Below, one piece after another: positions 53,115-64,000 of a stretch of DNA of 64,000 nt. The notes beneath the pieces are model-generated. The model saw only the letters and a list, made by a program, of their open reading frames with translations, was not told where the DNA came from and ran no database searches. The stretch is taken from positions 21,950,001-22,014,000 of the forward strand of contig CM052816.1 of the NCBI GenBank assembly GCA_028534125.1, read 5' to 3'. The position numbers were made by a program, and so were the translations under genes. How positions within the stretch are numbered: position 1 is the first letter of the stretch; every line of letters starts with the position of its first letter. This stretch comes from Lama glama (lineage: Eukaryota).

Positions 53115-54497
53115 AACTATAGAATTAGATATACGGGGAAAAAGTAGAAGAGTTTTGACTGCATTTAAATGTTGATGGAAAAGAAAGTTATAAAGGAGGT
53201 TAAGGTTTGAGATAGAGGTGATATTGGTAAAGTAAGATTTTTGAAGGTTAGAGGTAGAGGTGATACTGCTAAAGTGAGTTTTTGGCTGACTTAGAATTAA
53301 CTTTGGAAGGGAGGAAGGGCGGGACTTCACGGGATTTTTCACTAAGTCCCTGCACTTACAGAGGCTCAACTAATGTTACGTGTTGTGACTGTTCAGGTAG
53401 GAGGAAGGCAAGGATGGGTAGGAATTAAGTCTGGAGATAGCGTGAAAGGAGAGTTCCCATATGGTGGATTTTCTCTACATACATATACATATGCATACTG
53501 TCGGAGACAAAGGCACACAGAATAAGGAAGGGGTGGTAGAGAAGTTTAAAGAGAGCAGATAAATTTTGAAGTATCTAGGAAAAATTGAAGAAAGCTGAGC
53601 AATGAAACATGGAAGGATTACTGCACATATATTATAATTATAGAAACTCTTGTTATAGAAAAATATCTGCTCGCAATTTGAAAAATACATTTCTCACTTT
53701 TTTAAAACAGAAAAGCCCCTATTTAGGCCATTTTGATTAAGCATAATTAACAGGTAACTGAGCTGCTTGCTTCCAGGCTGTAATGTTACCCTCTCTGGGT
53801 CTTCAGACTCTTCTCTTGGTCAAGTGTGTGGCAACCACTTCTCTTGGACAGCTGGAAGTCTCGCCCTGACGGGCTGCACTGGCATTCCTGCTTCCACAGT
53901 GGCTGACCCTTGTTCTAGGAACTTTGGTTTCTTCCGTTACTTTGTAATTTATCACTAGTTTAGAAAAACCCATTTCATACTTACTTGTCAGTAGATCCTC
54001 TTTTCTCTATTTGCTCTTTGTTTTATGTTGTGTTCTGTTTTTCCAGCCAGGTGCTGAGGTGGTTTTCTTCTTACTGAAGAATACTGTAATCTGTAAACTG
54101 ACTTTTTAAAAGATAAATTTATTTGACAAATGTCAAATTATATAGATAACATTACTATGCTTTTTTGAGTCTTTAAAAACATTATTTTAGATTTAGAAAG
54201 GATTGAACGTTGAAAATAATATTTACCTTGTATAGTGAAAGCTTATTTTTATTGTTATATATGAATTTATTATTAAATAGGCATGAAATTGTTATGTTTG
54301 ATATAAGCCATGACCAGAGGGAAACTATCCTGTTTCAAAAATGGGAACCCCGCTTAAATTATTCTCACTTATTTTAAAAGTTTCCGTCCGTATCGTTGGT
54401 CTGCTTTTTTGCTGCCTTAGCTCACCTTTTATTCCTGACCCATTTTGGCTTCTCTAACAGCCTTCTTTCATATGTATTTTACGTTTTTGCTGTGTAG

Positions 54498-54581
54498 GTC
54501 TTTCACAGTTCTGCAGCCCCAGGCGGGCATTCTCTGAACAGGGTCCGCTCCGCCTGATCAGGAGCGCCTCTTTCTTTGCAG
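54498..54581 (+). CDS. FNIP1: FNIP1 coding exon 7 (84 nt, symmetric phase 1-1 cassette exon)
   Basis: tgtgtag|GT and weak donor GCAG|gtttgc. Translates [28 protein letters not shown]. Confidence 0.95.
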
Positions 54582-55756
54582 GTTTGCCATGTGCTGTGTG
54601 GGTAGACTAGTTGATGTGCCCCAGCGGCTCAAATCCATAGTAAAGCTGTGGAAACAAGAGAGTAGAGAAATGCAGTTGTGGAAGGTGTGGTTAAGAAAAC
54701 ACTGCTTGGGAAGTATAAGAACTTACTATCTTTCTACTGAATATGTTCTTGAAGTTTTCAGAAACTAAGTTATCAGTTGAATTGACGTTTTTATGAAATT
54801 TCAGTTTGTCATTTCTTATCTCATTATGTAATAATGATTTTAACTTCAGAATTCTGAACCAAAATGAATTATGAATATTATCTCTTATAATACTGGTTGG
54901 AGTTTCTAATGTGACAACTATCTTGTTTCCATGGCTGAGTAGCTTTTGTATCATAGTTCATCAATTGCAGAAAAATCCTCTTACTGTAAAACTTCTGATC
55001 TACACTATTTCATAAGAATGATTTCTCTTGGAGCTAAGATTTAGATGAACAAGCACCATTATGTTCTGTAAAAGTCATATATGAATATGTTTGTTTATAT
55101 CATTAAAATATGGGTTATAGAGTGTGTTCATGGCTTATTTATCCAGAAGTTGTATCCAACTTCTTATTTTAATTAGTACTTATTATCCTTACAAATATGA
55201 GATATAAGCAATGCATGTATATTATAGAAAATTGGAAAATAGGAAAAATAGGCAAGAAATATATTATCTTATCTTATCAGCCAGAAATAGCCTCCTTTAA
55301 AAAAAATTTGAGATTATACTGTTTAGTTTACTTAAAACTTTTAAGCATATATTTCTATAGGCAGAATAGTATCATATACCATCTTATACCAGTCACTTAG
55401 TCCCAGCAACCGTCATTCTTACTGGTCAGTAGCTTTTTTTTTTTTCATTTACTGGTATATTATGAATATCTTCCTATATCATCGAATATGCTTCTAAAAT
55501 ACTTATTTTAGTCATACCTTGCTTCTTTAGATATTATATCATAGATTATTTTCGTATTATATGTCAAATCATCAGATAGATCTTAAAGCTTGTTCAACTG
55601 AGTAATAGCTCTTGGTGTTGGGTTTGTGCCATGCTATTGAGAAAATAAAGGAATGCAATGAGATGAGCATGATTTAATTTGCTATTTAAAAGGAACAACA
55701 TCAACCTGAATAGCACTGATAAATTTTATAAGTCACAGTTTTGTCTTGATTCACAG

Positions 55757-55828
55757 TTCACAGCAACCCAATGGACATGCCTGGAAGAGAGCTGAATGAG
55801 GACAGAGACAGCGGCATAGCACGCTCTG
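55757..55828 (+). CDS. FNIP1: FNIP1 coding exon 8 (72 nt, phase 1-1)
   Basis: ttcacag|TT and CTG|gtaat. Translates [24 protein letters not shown](A). Confidence 0.96.
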
Positions 55829-58502
55829 GTAATGACAGGTTCATGTATTAATCCAATTTTTGATGAGATCGCTCAGCTGTCATTGATTTCCTTTTTTCCT
55901 TTGCCTTTTGCGCTGAATTTTATGTACACAGTTTGTTAGTATTGATATTAGGCTTACAAGAGAATTATAGAAACAACAGAGATAAATATTTTAAATTAAA
56001 ATTTTTTTGTGTTGAATATTAAATGTGCCTGGTGGAGCATGACCTGGGTGGAATACATGCTGATTGAGGCTTAGCCAGCATAAGAAAATAGTATTGCTCA
56101 AGAGACTGCTTAGATAGCATAGTAGGAAAAAACACGTTTGCTTATATCTGCTTTATGCTAACTAGAGTTTAACATGTCAGACTGTCTCTTGCTCAGAAAA
56201 GTTTAGGCATTTTAAAGCAGTGTTACATGTATTTCTTTCAAATTAGGTTCTCTTCCAAAATTCGTCTGGCAAACTTTTATTGAAAAATGCTAGGGATTGG
56301 AAAAAAAAAAAAAGCCCATATTCTGCCCTTAAAAGACACAGGTTCTACTGAGAGAATAGTCAAGAAAATCGTCTGTCGTAGTTCACTGTGTAAAGTGTTC
56401 TGTGATAGACCTGTGCATAGAGGTTCAGATAAAGGGCTCCTAACTTAGTCTGGGCAAGGGGCAGGCTGTCAGGAATGCCTTACAGAGTTTTGATACTTCA
56501 GTTACGTCTTTAGAAATAAATGGGAGTTATCCAGGCAAAGGCATGGGGAAAGGACATTTCAATTAAAAGGAAAAGTGTTTATCAGGATTCAGAAATCAGC
56601 ATAAGAGAAAGGAGTAATCTTAGGTTTGAATTATTGTTAGATTTGAGAAACTTTATCCACTGTGATTATGTACATGTGTTGTCATATTACATGGCTCTGC
56701 TATCTAAATTTGTTTACGATTCAGTTTTAAGTGTAGATGAAAAGTTCAAACTTGCCAGATATTGTAATCACTAGGTATGTGTTAAGAAATTGTAAGAAAA
56801 AATTTCAGATATGCTTGAGTCACCCTAGAAAAAGGGTTAGCTATCTGGTTTTGAGGAACAAAAAATGAAAACCTCAGCACCTTATTCTGATGGACAGCTG
56901 GAGTTGAGAATTATTACTCTAATATGAAAAATCTGCATCTTTCCAATAATCTCACCTTTCTTTTTCTAGTTGAGTTTGTTATTTTTGTTGTTAGGAACTA
57001 ACCTAGAGTGTATTTCTTTTATACTCTTTGCATCTGTGTAATCTAGAGATTTAGTTTTCTCTTCTGTGGCATGAATTTAATTCTATTTATTTTATCCAGG
57101 ATTTCAGAAATGATAAATTAATATCTCTATAGTTCATTTTCTTCATCTGTAAATTGAAGGATCTGGCTAGATTGAGCTATAATGCTTCATGAAGGTATCA
57201 ATTTATATATGCTGTTTAAGTTAATTGTGTATTTTCTTCTTCTTTCTAATAGAGTTAGAAAAAATAGTAATTTTTAACCATAATTTAATAATATATAGCT
57301 CTTCCAAATTTACAGTAATATTTGATTTTTCACACAAGCATACCTGGATTAATTATACATGCTAAATCTGAGACCACAGTATTTAATAATACTAATTAAT
57401 AAAATGTGGTCTTTTCAATAAAGTGGTCTAGAATTAATTCATTGCTGATCTAGATGTTTGCCTGGCACATGAAGCTCTCCCCTTTATCATTGAATTTGTC
57501 ATAGATAATTCAAATGAACAGATTCTCATAATGATAGTCTCTTAGCTTTCAGTTCTGGTGTCTAAAATAATACATCATCTGGCAAATGTCTTTTTATAGG
57601 TGATAATTATACTTCCCTTTTTGGCTACTTTACAAAATTTCAGTATGTGTTTATAATGATGAAGATGGGAATCTAAAATATTTCTAAATAAAAGTAAGCC
57701 CTTGATGTCTTTTCCTCTTTAGATTCAGTGGGGAGATGTAGAGGATCTCCAGCCCAAGGAAAAATAAAGAGCTGTAGCTTTTGACGCCCTAGGGAAGAAA
57801 CAGAGATTTTGGGTTGTAAAGCAGAGCTTTGAGAAGAGAGTAATATCTATACTTAGGGGATTGCAGCAATTATAATCAGAGTGGACTCAATTGGAATGTG
57901 TCTGTCATTCCTTAGAATGCTCCAGAGAGCAATCTGTAGTATTTACCCTTTTTGGGGGGTGTGGGGAGCTTGATAGATATAGTCATAACTCTTACTAAAA
58001 AAGTGGCCAAGCCTTCAGAGGTGACTACCTATGCACATATGATCCATGAGTATTTAAATGACATCTTTAAATGACATTCAATCTCTTATTTTCACATATA
58101 GCTTTTGTTCCTAAAATCCAACTGCTGTATTAAAATTGAATTGCATTATATTTCCTTTAAATTAAGGACTAAGGATTCAGCTAAGCTAGGAAACAGTCTC
58201 GTGGGCAAACAGATAATACTTTATTTCAAAGTAACATTTTCTTCTGGGGTAGGGGTGCAAGGCTAAGGATGTCAAAAGGGGATTGTATCAGAATTGCTTG
58301 CCAACACACTTTTAATGTGTGATTTTTTTTTTGGGACCTTGCTCCAACAATGATGTGGTTTTTAAAATGGAAATTTTGGAGCTTCATGAAGCAAATTGGA
58401 AAACTTGAGTCACCACTCTTAAATTTGTTACAGAGAAATTTGTCCTTATGTTTAGTTATTATTGTCTTATTCATTATACTTGTTCTTATTCTGACTTGAC
58501 AG

Positions 58503-58638
58503 CATCTCTTAGCAGCTTGCTTATTACACCGTTTCCCTCTCCAAACTCCTCACTTACCCGAAGTTGTGCCAGCAGTTACCAGCGACGATGGCGACGTAGC
58601 CAAACAACAAGTTTGGAGAATGGGGTATTTCCTAGATG
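58503..58638 (+). CDS. FNIP1: FNIP1 coding exon 9 (136 nt)
   Basis: gacag|CA and TG|gtaagt. Translates [46 protein letters not shown], visible in ORF 58448..58642. Confidence 0.97.
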
Positions 58639-58769
58639 GTAAGTTAAAACCTTCAGTTTACAACAAAGTTGAGTAGTTCCTTAAACACAATTTTGTATGT
58701 CAACAGCCTGGGCTTGTATTTTGTGTATTTTAGGTCTGGAACTGGAAATTTCAAAAATGTATTACATTT

Positions 58770-59950
58770 TAAAAATTTGTGGTAAATTATGCATAGCATC
58801 GAATTTACCATTTTAACCATTATTAGCTATACAGTTCAGTGTCATTAAGTATTGTTCACATTGTTGTGCTGCCATAACCATTCATGTCCAGAATGCTTTT
58901 TCTTCCTAAACTGAACCTCTGTATGCGTTAAAGAATAATTCCCCAGTTCTCCCTCTCCTTATCCCTTGGCAACTACTAGTCTATTTTTTTCTCTATATAT
59001 TTGACTATTCTACATACCTCATATAAATGGACTCATAAAATATTTGTCCTTTTATGTCTGCTTTATTTCACTTAGCATGCCTTCAAGGTTCATCCATGTT
59101 GTAATATGTATCAAAATTTCATTCTTTTTTTCCATTGTATATACATACCACATTTTGTTTATACATTCATCTGTCCATGGACATTTGGGTTCCTTCCACC
59201 TTTTGGCTATTATGAATAATGCTGATATAAACATGGGTGTACAAATACCTTTCAGGTCCCTTCTTCAGATTCTTTTGGGTATATTCCCAGAAGTGAAATT
59301 TCTGGATCACACTGTAATTCTAGTATAAGTTTTTGAGGAATCACTGTGCTTTTCTCCACAGCGACTGCACCATTTTTGCTTACATTTCTTCTAGAAATAC
59401 ACAAGAATTCTAATTTCTTCACATTGTCAACAGTAGTTGTTTTCTGGGGTTTTTTTTGGTTTTTTTTTTTTTTTTACATAATAACCATCTTTATGTGTGT
59501 GAATTGGTATCTTGTGGTTTTGATATGCATTTCCCTATGGCTAGTGATGTTGAGCATATTTTCACATGCTTATTGGCCATGTGTATGTCGTCTTTGGAGA
59601 AATGTCTATACAAGTGTTTTTCCCAATTTTTTAATCAAGTGGTTTGTTGTTTTGTTGTTGAATTGTAGGAGTTCTTTATATATTTCTGAGTATCAATCCC
59701 TTATCAGACATATGCTTTGCAAATATTTTATCCCATTCCATGGGTTGCCTTTTTATCCTGTGGACAGTGTCTTTTGATGCGCAACTGTTCTTAAGTTTTG
59801 TGTAGCCCAGTTTATCTACTTTTTGTTGTTGTTGCCTGTACTTTTGGTGTCATATCCAAGAAATCATTGCCAAATCCAATGTCATGAAGCTTTTACCCTG
59901 TTTTTCGCTAGGGGTTTTTATAGTTTAAACTCTTCTGTTTTGGTCTTTGA
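58770..59950 (-). mobile_element. L1MB-like 3' end in intron 9
   Basis: Minus ORF 59052..59234 (MFISALFIIAKRWKEPKCPWTDECINKMWYVYTME) is the L1 ORF2 C-terminus. Confidence 0.88.
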
Positions 59951-60056
59951 TGTATATACTGCATGTTTTGATATTCCTGATTCCTGATATTCCTGATTTG
60001 ATATTCCTGATTCCTGGTTTGTTTTTTGTTTTTTTTTGGCCAGTTAATTCATTCTT

Positions 60057-60197
60057 TTTTGGGGGTGGATAGAGGAAGTAATTAGGCTTATTTATAGGTT
60101 TATTTATTTATTCTTAGAGAAGGTACTGAGGATTGAACCCAGGACCTCATGCTTGCTAAGCATGCACTCTACCACTTGAGCTATACTCTCCCTGCCA
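60057..60197 (-). mobile_element. Vic-1-type tRNA-Ala SINE with 15-bp TSD
   Basis: Minus strand reads gtatagctcaagtggtagagtgcatgcttagcaagcatgaggtcctgggttcaatcc. TSD agttaattcattctt at 60042-60056 and 60198-60212. Confidence 0.9.
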
Positions 60198-60667
60198 AGT
60201 TAATTCATTCTTGAAAGATCTTTTTTCAGTCTGTGTTAAGTTAAAAAAAAATGATAAAGCTTCCTGTTTTCTTCTTTACTCCCTTTATTCTTTCATCTTT
60301 GATTTCACTCCTGGAATCAAAAGGAGAGATAAGTAGATTCTAGAACAGTGTAGGGATTATATGAGACTCACCTATTAGCCTTAAAATTCAGGCTCTTTTA
60401 AGTTGGTTATACATTGGGATTATCTACTTTTTTAGCAATTTATAATTGGACAAAAATGTTTCCAGTCTGATTCTATTAAAATTTCTTATAAAAATGTGAG
60501 CATAAAGGAGTAGCCAGTAGATACACAATTGATATGCATTTTTAGATTTACCTTTTAAAACACTGAAAGACCTTTAGCTTACCTACATTTAGTTAGCAAG
60601 AAGGTTGAATTTGTGACTTTAATTATTTTTTATAATTTTTTAAATTAAAAAAACATTTATTTTTAAG

Positions 60668-60869
60668 GTCTATAGAAGAAAGCTTTAATCTGTCAGATGA
60701 AAGCTGTGGCCCCAACCCAGGAATTGTGAGGAAAAAGAAGATTGCAATTGGGGTAATTTTTTCATTATCCAAAGATGAAGATGAAAGTAACAAATTCAAT
60801 GAATTCTTTTTTTCACATTTTCCTCTCTTTGAAAGCCACATGAACAAATTAAAGAGTGCAATAGAACAG
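60668..60869 (+). CDS. FNIP1: FNIP1 coding exon 10 (202 nt)
   Basis: ttttaag|G and CAG|gtaagc. Translates [67 protein letters not shown], overlapping ORF 60726..60938. Confidence 0.97.
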
Positions 60870-61067
60870 GTAAGCATAGTCATGTTTATGGTTTGTTTAT
60901 ATTTTTTATTTTCCTTGGCATCTTACTCTCTTGCTTAAACATTGTGTTTATTCATTTGGCAGAAAAATTAACAGGCTCTGTGCAGGTATCTTACAAAGTT
61001 AACTGGGAGATGCAAAGTAGACTTCAACTCTTTTAATGAGTTTACTGCTTAATAAAAGATCTAAGAC

Positions 61068-62220
61068 TTATTCAATAAATAAGTATTTGAGGGCTTATAA
61101 TGTGTCTTAAGACACTATCCTAGCAACTGAAGATAAGATGTGAAAAAAGCAACACTTCTGACCTCATGGGACAGCAGATAAACAAATTAATATATAAGAT
61201 TTTAGATAGTAATAAGTACTATGGAGAAAAATAAACCAGAGAAAGGTTTTTAAGGAATGCTGGATGGAAGGATTACTAATTTTTGTAGGATAATCAGGGA
61301 GGTTTCTGATAAAGTGACATTTGGTCCAGAGATACAGAGGGAGTTAGCTACAGCCATCTGAGAGAAGATTGTTCCAAGTAGGGGAAAGGAGCAAGCCTAA
61401 TGCTTGAGCAACAGTAAGGAGGCCAAGGTGGCTGGGTTAGAAGTGGGACCAGATCCTCTAGGGCCTTATAGGATTCCATTGTAAGGGTACTGGCATTTAT
61501 TCTTCAGAAGGATGGGAAACCGTTGGAGGGTTTTGAGCATAGGAATGACATTATGGGAATCACTCTTAACTGCTGGTGTAGAATAGATTTCTAGGGACAA
61601 AGGTGGAGTTGTGGGATTAGTTTTAGGAAGCTGTTGAAATAATTCAGGTGAGAGATGGTGTCTACTCAAACCACTTTGGTGATGGAATTGGTGAGAAGTG
61701 ATTAAATTCTGGTTATATTTTGAAAATAGAGCTAATGAGATTAGCTGATGGACTGAATTGGGGTATAAGAGAAAAAGAACCATAGAGATTGACTGGAGAT
61801 TTTTCATTTGAGCAGTAAGTAGGGTGGAATTGCCAATACTAAAATGGGAAAACTACAGACAGAATGGATTTGGCGGAGGAAGAGGACAGTTAGTTTGAGA
61901 TGTGTCCTGGACGTCTAAGTTGTTATGAGTCTAGAGTTTAGGGGAAAGGTCCAGGCGGACAGTCACCAGTGTATAGATGATATTTTAAACCATGAAACTG
62001 ATTGAGGGAGAGAAGGGAGGATAGGAGATTCTAGGCCTGATTTGTGGAACATTTCAACAGTTAAAACTTGAGGAGTTGAGAACTAGCAGAGGAGACTGAG
62101 AATTGGCCTTTCAGAATAGTAGGAGGAAAAGCAAGAGAGAGTACTTTTTGAGGTGAGCCAAGTGAAGAAAGTATTTTAAGAAGATAGGAGTTTTTGATCA
62201 GTTATGTCAAATGCTGCTGA
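61068..62220 (-). mobile_element. LINE-2 3' region in intron 10
   Basis: ttattcaataaataagtatttgagggc...ctgacctcatgg...ggaaaccgttggagggttttgagcataggaatgacatt. Confidence 0.75.
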
Positions 62221-64000
62221 TTATGTAATAAATTGATGTAAAATAAGAAAATAATGAATATAAAATAGAACATAAGGATAACTAAAAAGAAGAAAAAGCA
62301 AGGTTTTTTAGAAGTTCATTGGAAAGAAAAATGAGTTCCTAATGGGGAGATGTTTCATATGCACTGTGTCTTACAGGATGTATAAGCTTTTATAAACATA
62401 AAGCTTTGAAAATTGGAGATAGTAGGATAGCAAGAAAAACTGATAACCTTGCCACCCAAAGATAACTCATTAACATTTGCTGAAAGTTTTATCAAGGCCT
62501 TTTCTATGCGTATTATATTTTGACTTAATTGTGATTGTGCTGGATCCATATTGTTTGAATTATGTGCCTATTTTGAAAATGTCATCATTGTTAACATACA
62601 TTTCTCATGTCATTATAAATGGCTCTTAATTATATTTTAGTGGCTTTCCTTCATTCAAGTAATTTTTATATTAGGCCATTTCCGCTTTTTCACAATTATA
62701 GCTACACTATAGTTAACATCTTGATGAATTTTCCAGACTATATTTTAGAAGAGAATCTTGTGAATCAGTGGGTATTACTAAAGTTCTTAATCCCTGTGAC
62801 AGTATGTGGAAGAGAAAGGATACAAAAAGGAGTAGTGAGAGGTATGGCTAGCAGAGTTAATGGGGACCGGGTCACAAAGAATCTAGAATGCTTGCCAGAA
62901 GTTTTGACTGCATTTTTAAGGCTGTCTTCCAATTTTGCTTTAAGAATATTATTTGACAGTATGTTTAAAAGAAACTAGTAAAAGAAACTAGAGATGCAAG
63001 GCTAATTAGAATGGTCCAGAAAGCAGAGGATAAATTTCAGTAACTTAGTGGTGCCTGAGGATTGTCTGCCTCTAGGGAATACACTTTATTATTCACATTA
63101 AATCTGTTAAAAGACAGATAGATCATTAGTAGTATCTTTTTACTGAACAAATGAATAAAATCCGTTTTCATTTACTTTTTTAAGAAGTTCAGTGCTGGTG
63201 ACATTTTCTTCAGTTTGCTACTGTCTCTTTGGAAGTCTGTTGTTGCCAAAGTCAGTACATGTAATATTTAGCTAAGTGGCTGAACTGACATTTGAGTTAC
63301 TGGGAGAGGTGTTTAAGCCTTGTATGAAATTTGAAATAGTCAGGCACTAGAGAACTCATTAAAGGTGACTTTTTAAATGTTTTAATGCTTTGATCATTGT
63401 GCAACCTAAAGTGCACGTTGCAGTGCTTATTTAGTTGCCTGAATGTTCAAGTGTAACATCTCATTTCTTACAAAAGTAGAAAGATAAAGCTGAATGAATG
63501 CTTTCATATAAATGAATAGAACTTAATTTTAAAAGGTCTACAGTTAATTAATCATAGAATATAGTAAATACTGAACCATCCAAATAAGTTACCTTCTAGG
63601 GCCAATTTTCAAACTGTCATTTATTTATTTTTAAGGAAAAGATATGGATTTTATTTCTGAGCACTGTTGGAATTATTTTGAAGTCTTTGCTACTTTTTGA
63701 GATGTATAACATAATTAAAAATTTTATTATTGATGAAACTAAGGAAGAATACTGCTCAATTCTAGCTGAAGAATATTTACTTCTTTATAAATTTGGGAGT
63801 CTCTCAACAGTTTGTAAAAAACATAAAGTGTCACTTTTAACCTATGAAGCTTTTGGATGGTTGTGAACATGATTCTGGCCTGAAGTAGTCTAACCTTCTC
63901 TTAAATATATGTTAAAATTTTTAAAAATCAATTTGTAATTACATAAGTAATGCAAAATTACATTCTCTTGAAAAAGTCTAAAAAATTGCAAAGTTCTTTC

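Noticed and set aside
60120..60192. tRNA-Ala gene on the minus strand (also ~17150-17220)
   Set aside because: Diverged stems, a shared non-tRNA tail and TSDs show these are SINE copies.
1..64000. A prokaryote-style novel multi-gene system, or a nested gene or retrocopy
   Set aside because: All convincing coding sequence belongs to FNIP1 exons or L1 debris. I recognised no processed pseudogene or antisense gene, though a highly diverged one could be missed without a search.

Overview
This is mammalian genomic DNA, not microbial, and is most likely from a camelid, judged from three tRNA-Ala-derived Vic-1-type SINEs and the style of the young L1 3' UTRs. The whole window lies inside the FNIP1 gene (folliculin-interacting protein 1) on the + strand. 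It holds the 3' ~33 kb of intron 1, coding exons 2-10 (all GT-AG and in phase with each other, about codons 31-372 by recalled human numbering) and the start of intron 10. The rest is AT-rich intron dense in L1, L2, MIR, SINE, LTR and hAT transposon relics, with microsatellites and one 500-N assembly gap. Nearly all ORFs in the supplied track are spurious or L1 ORF2 debris. I see no new multi-gene system. The best lead is an apparently repeat-free block in intron 6 (~53.7-53.96 kb) just upstream of the 84-nt cassette exon 7, which carries reported AMPK sites. The block contains a candidate 43-nt poison exon, a candidate in-frame 150-nt exon only 23 nt downstream, and a perfect CArG box. Repeat family names and human comparisons are from memory, and repeat boundaries without TSDs are approximate.
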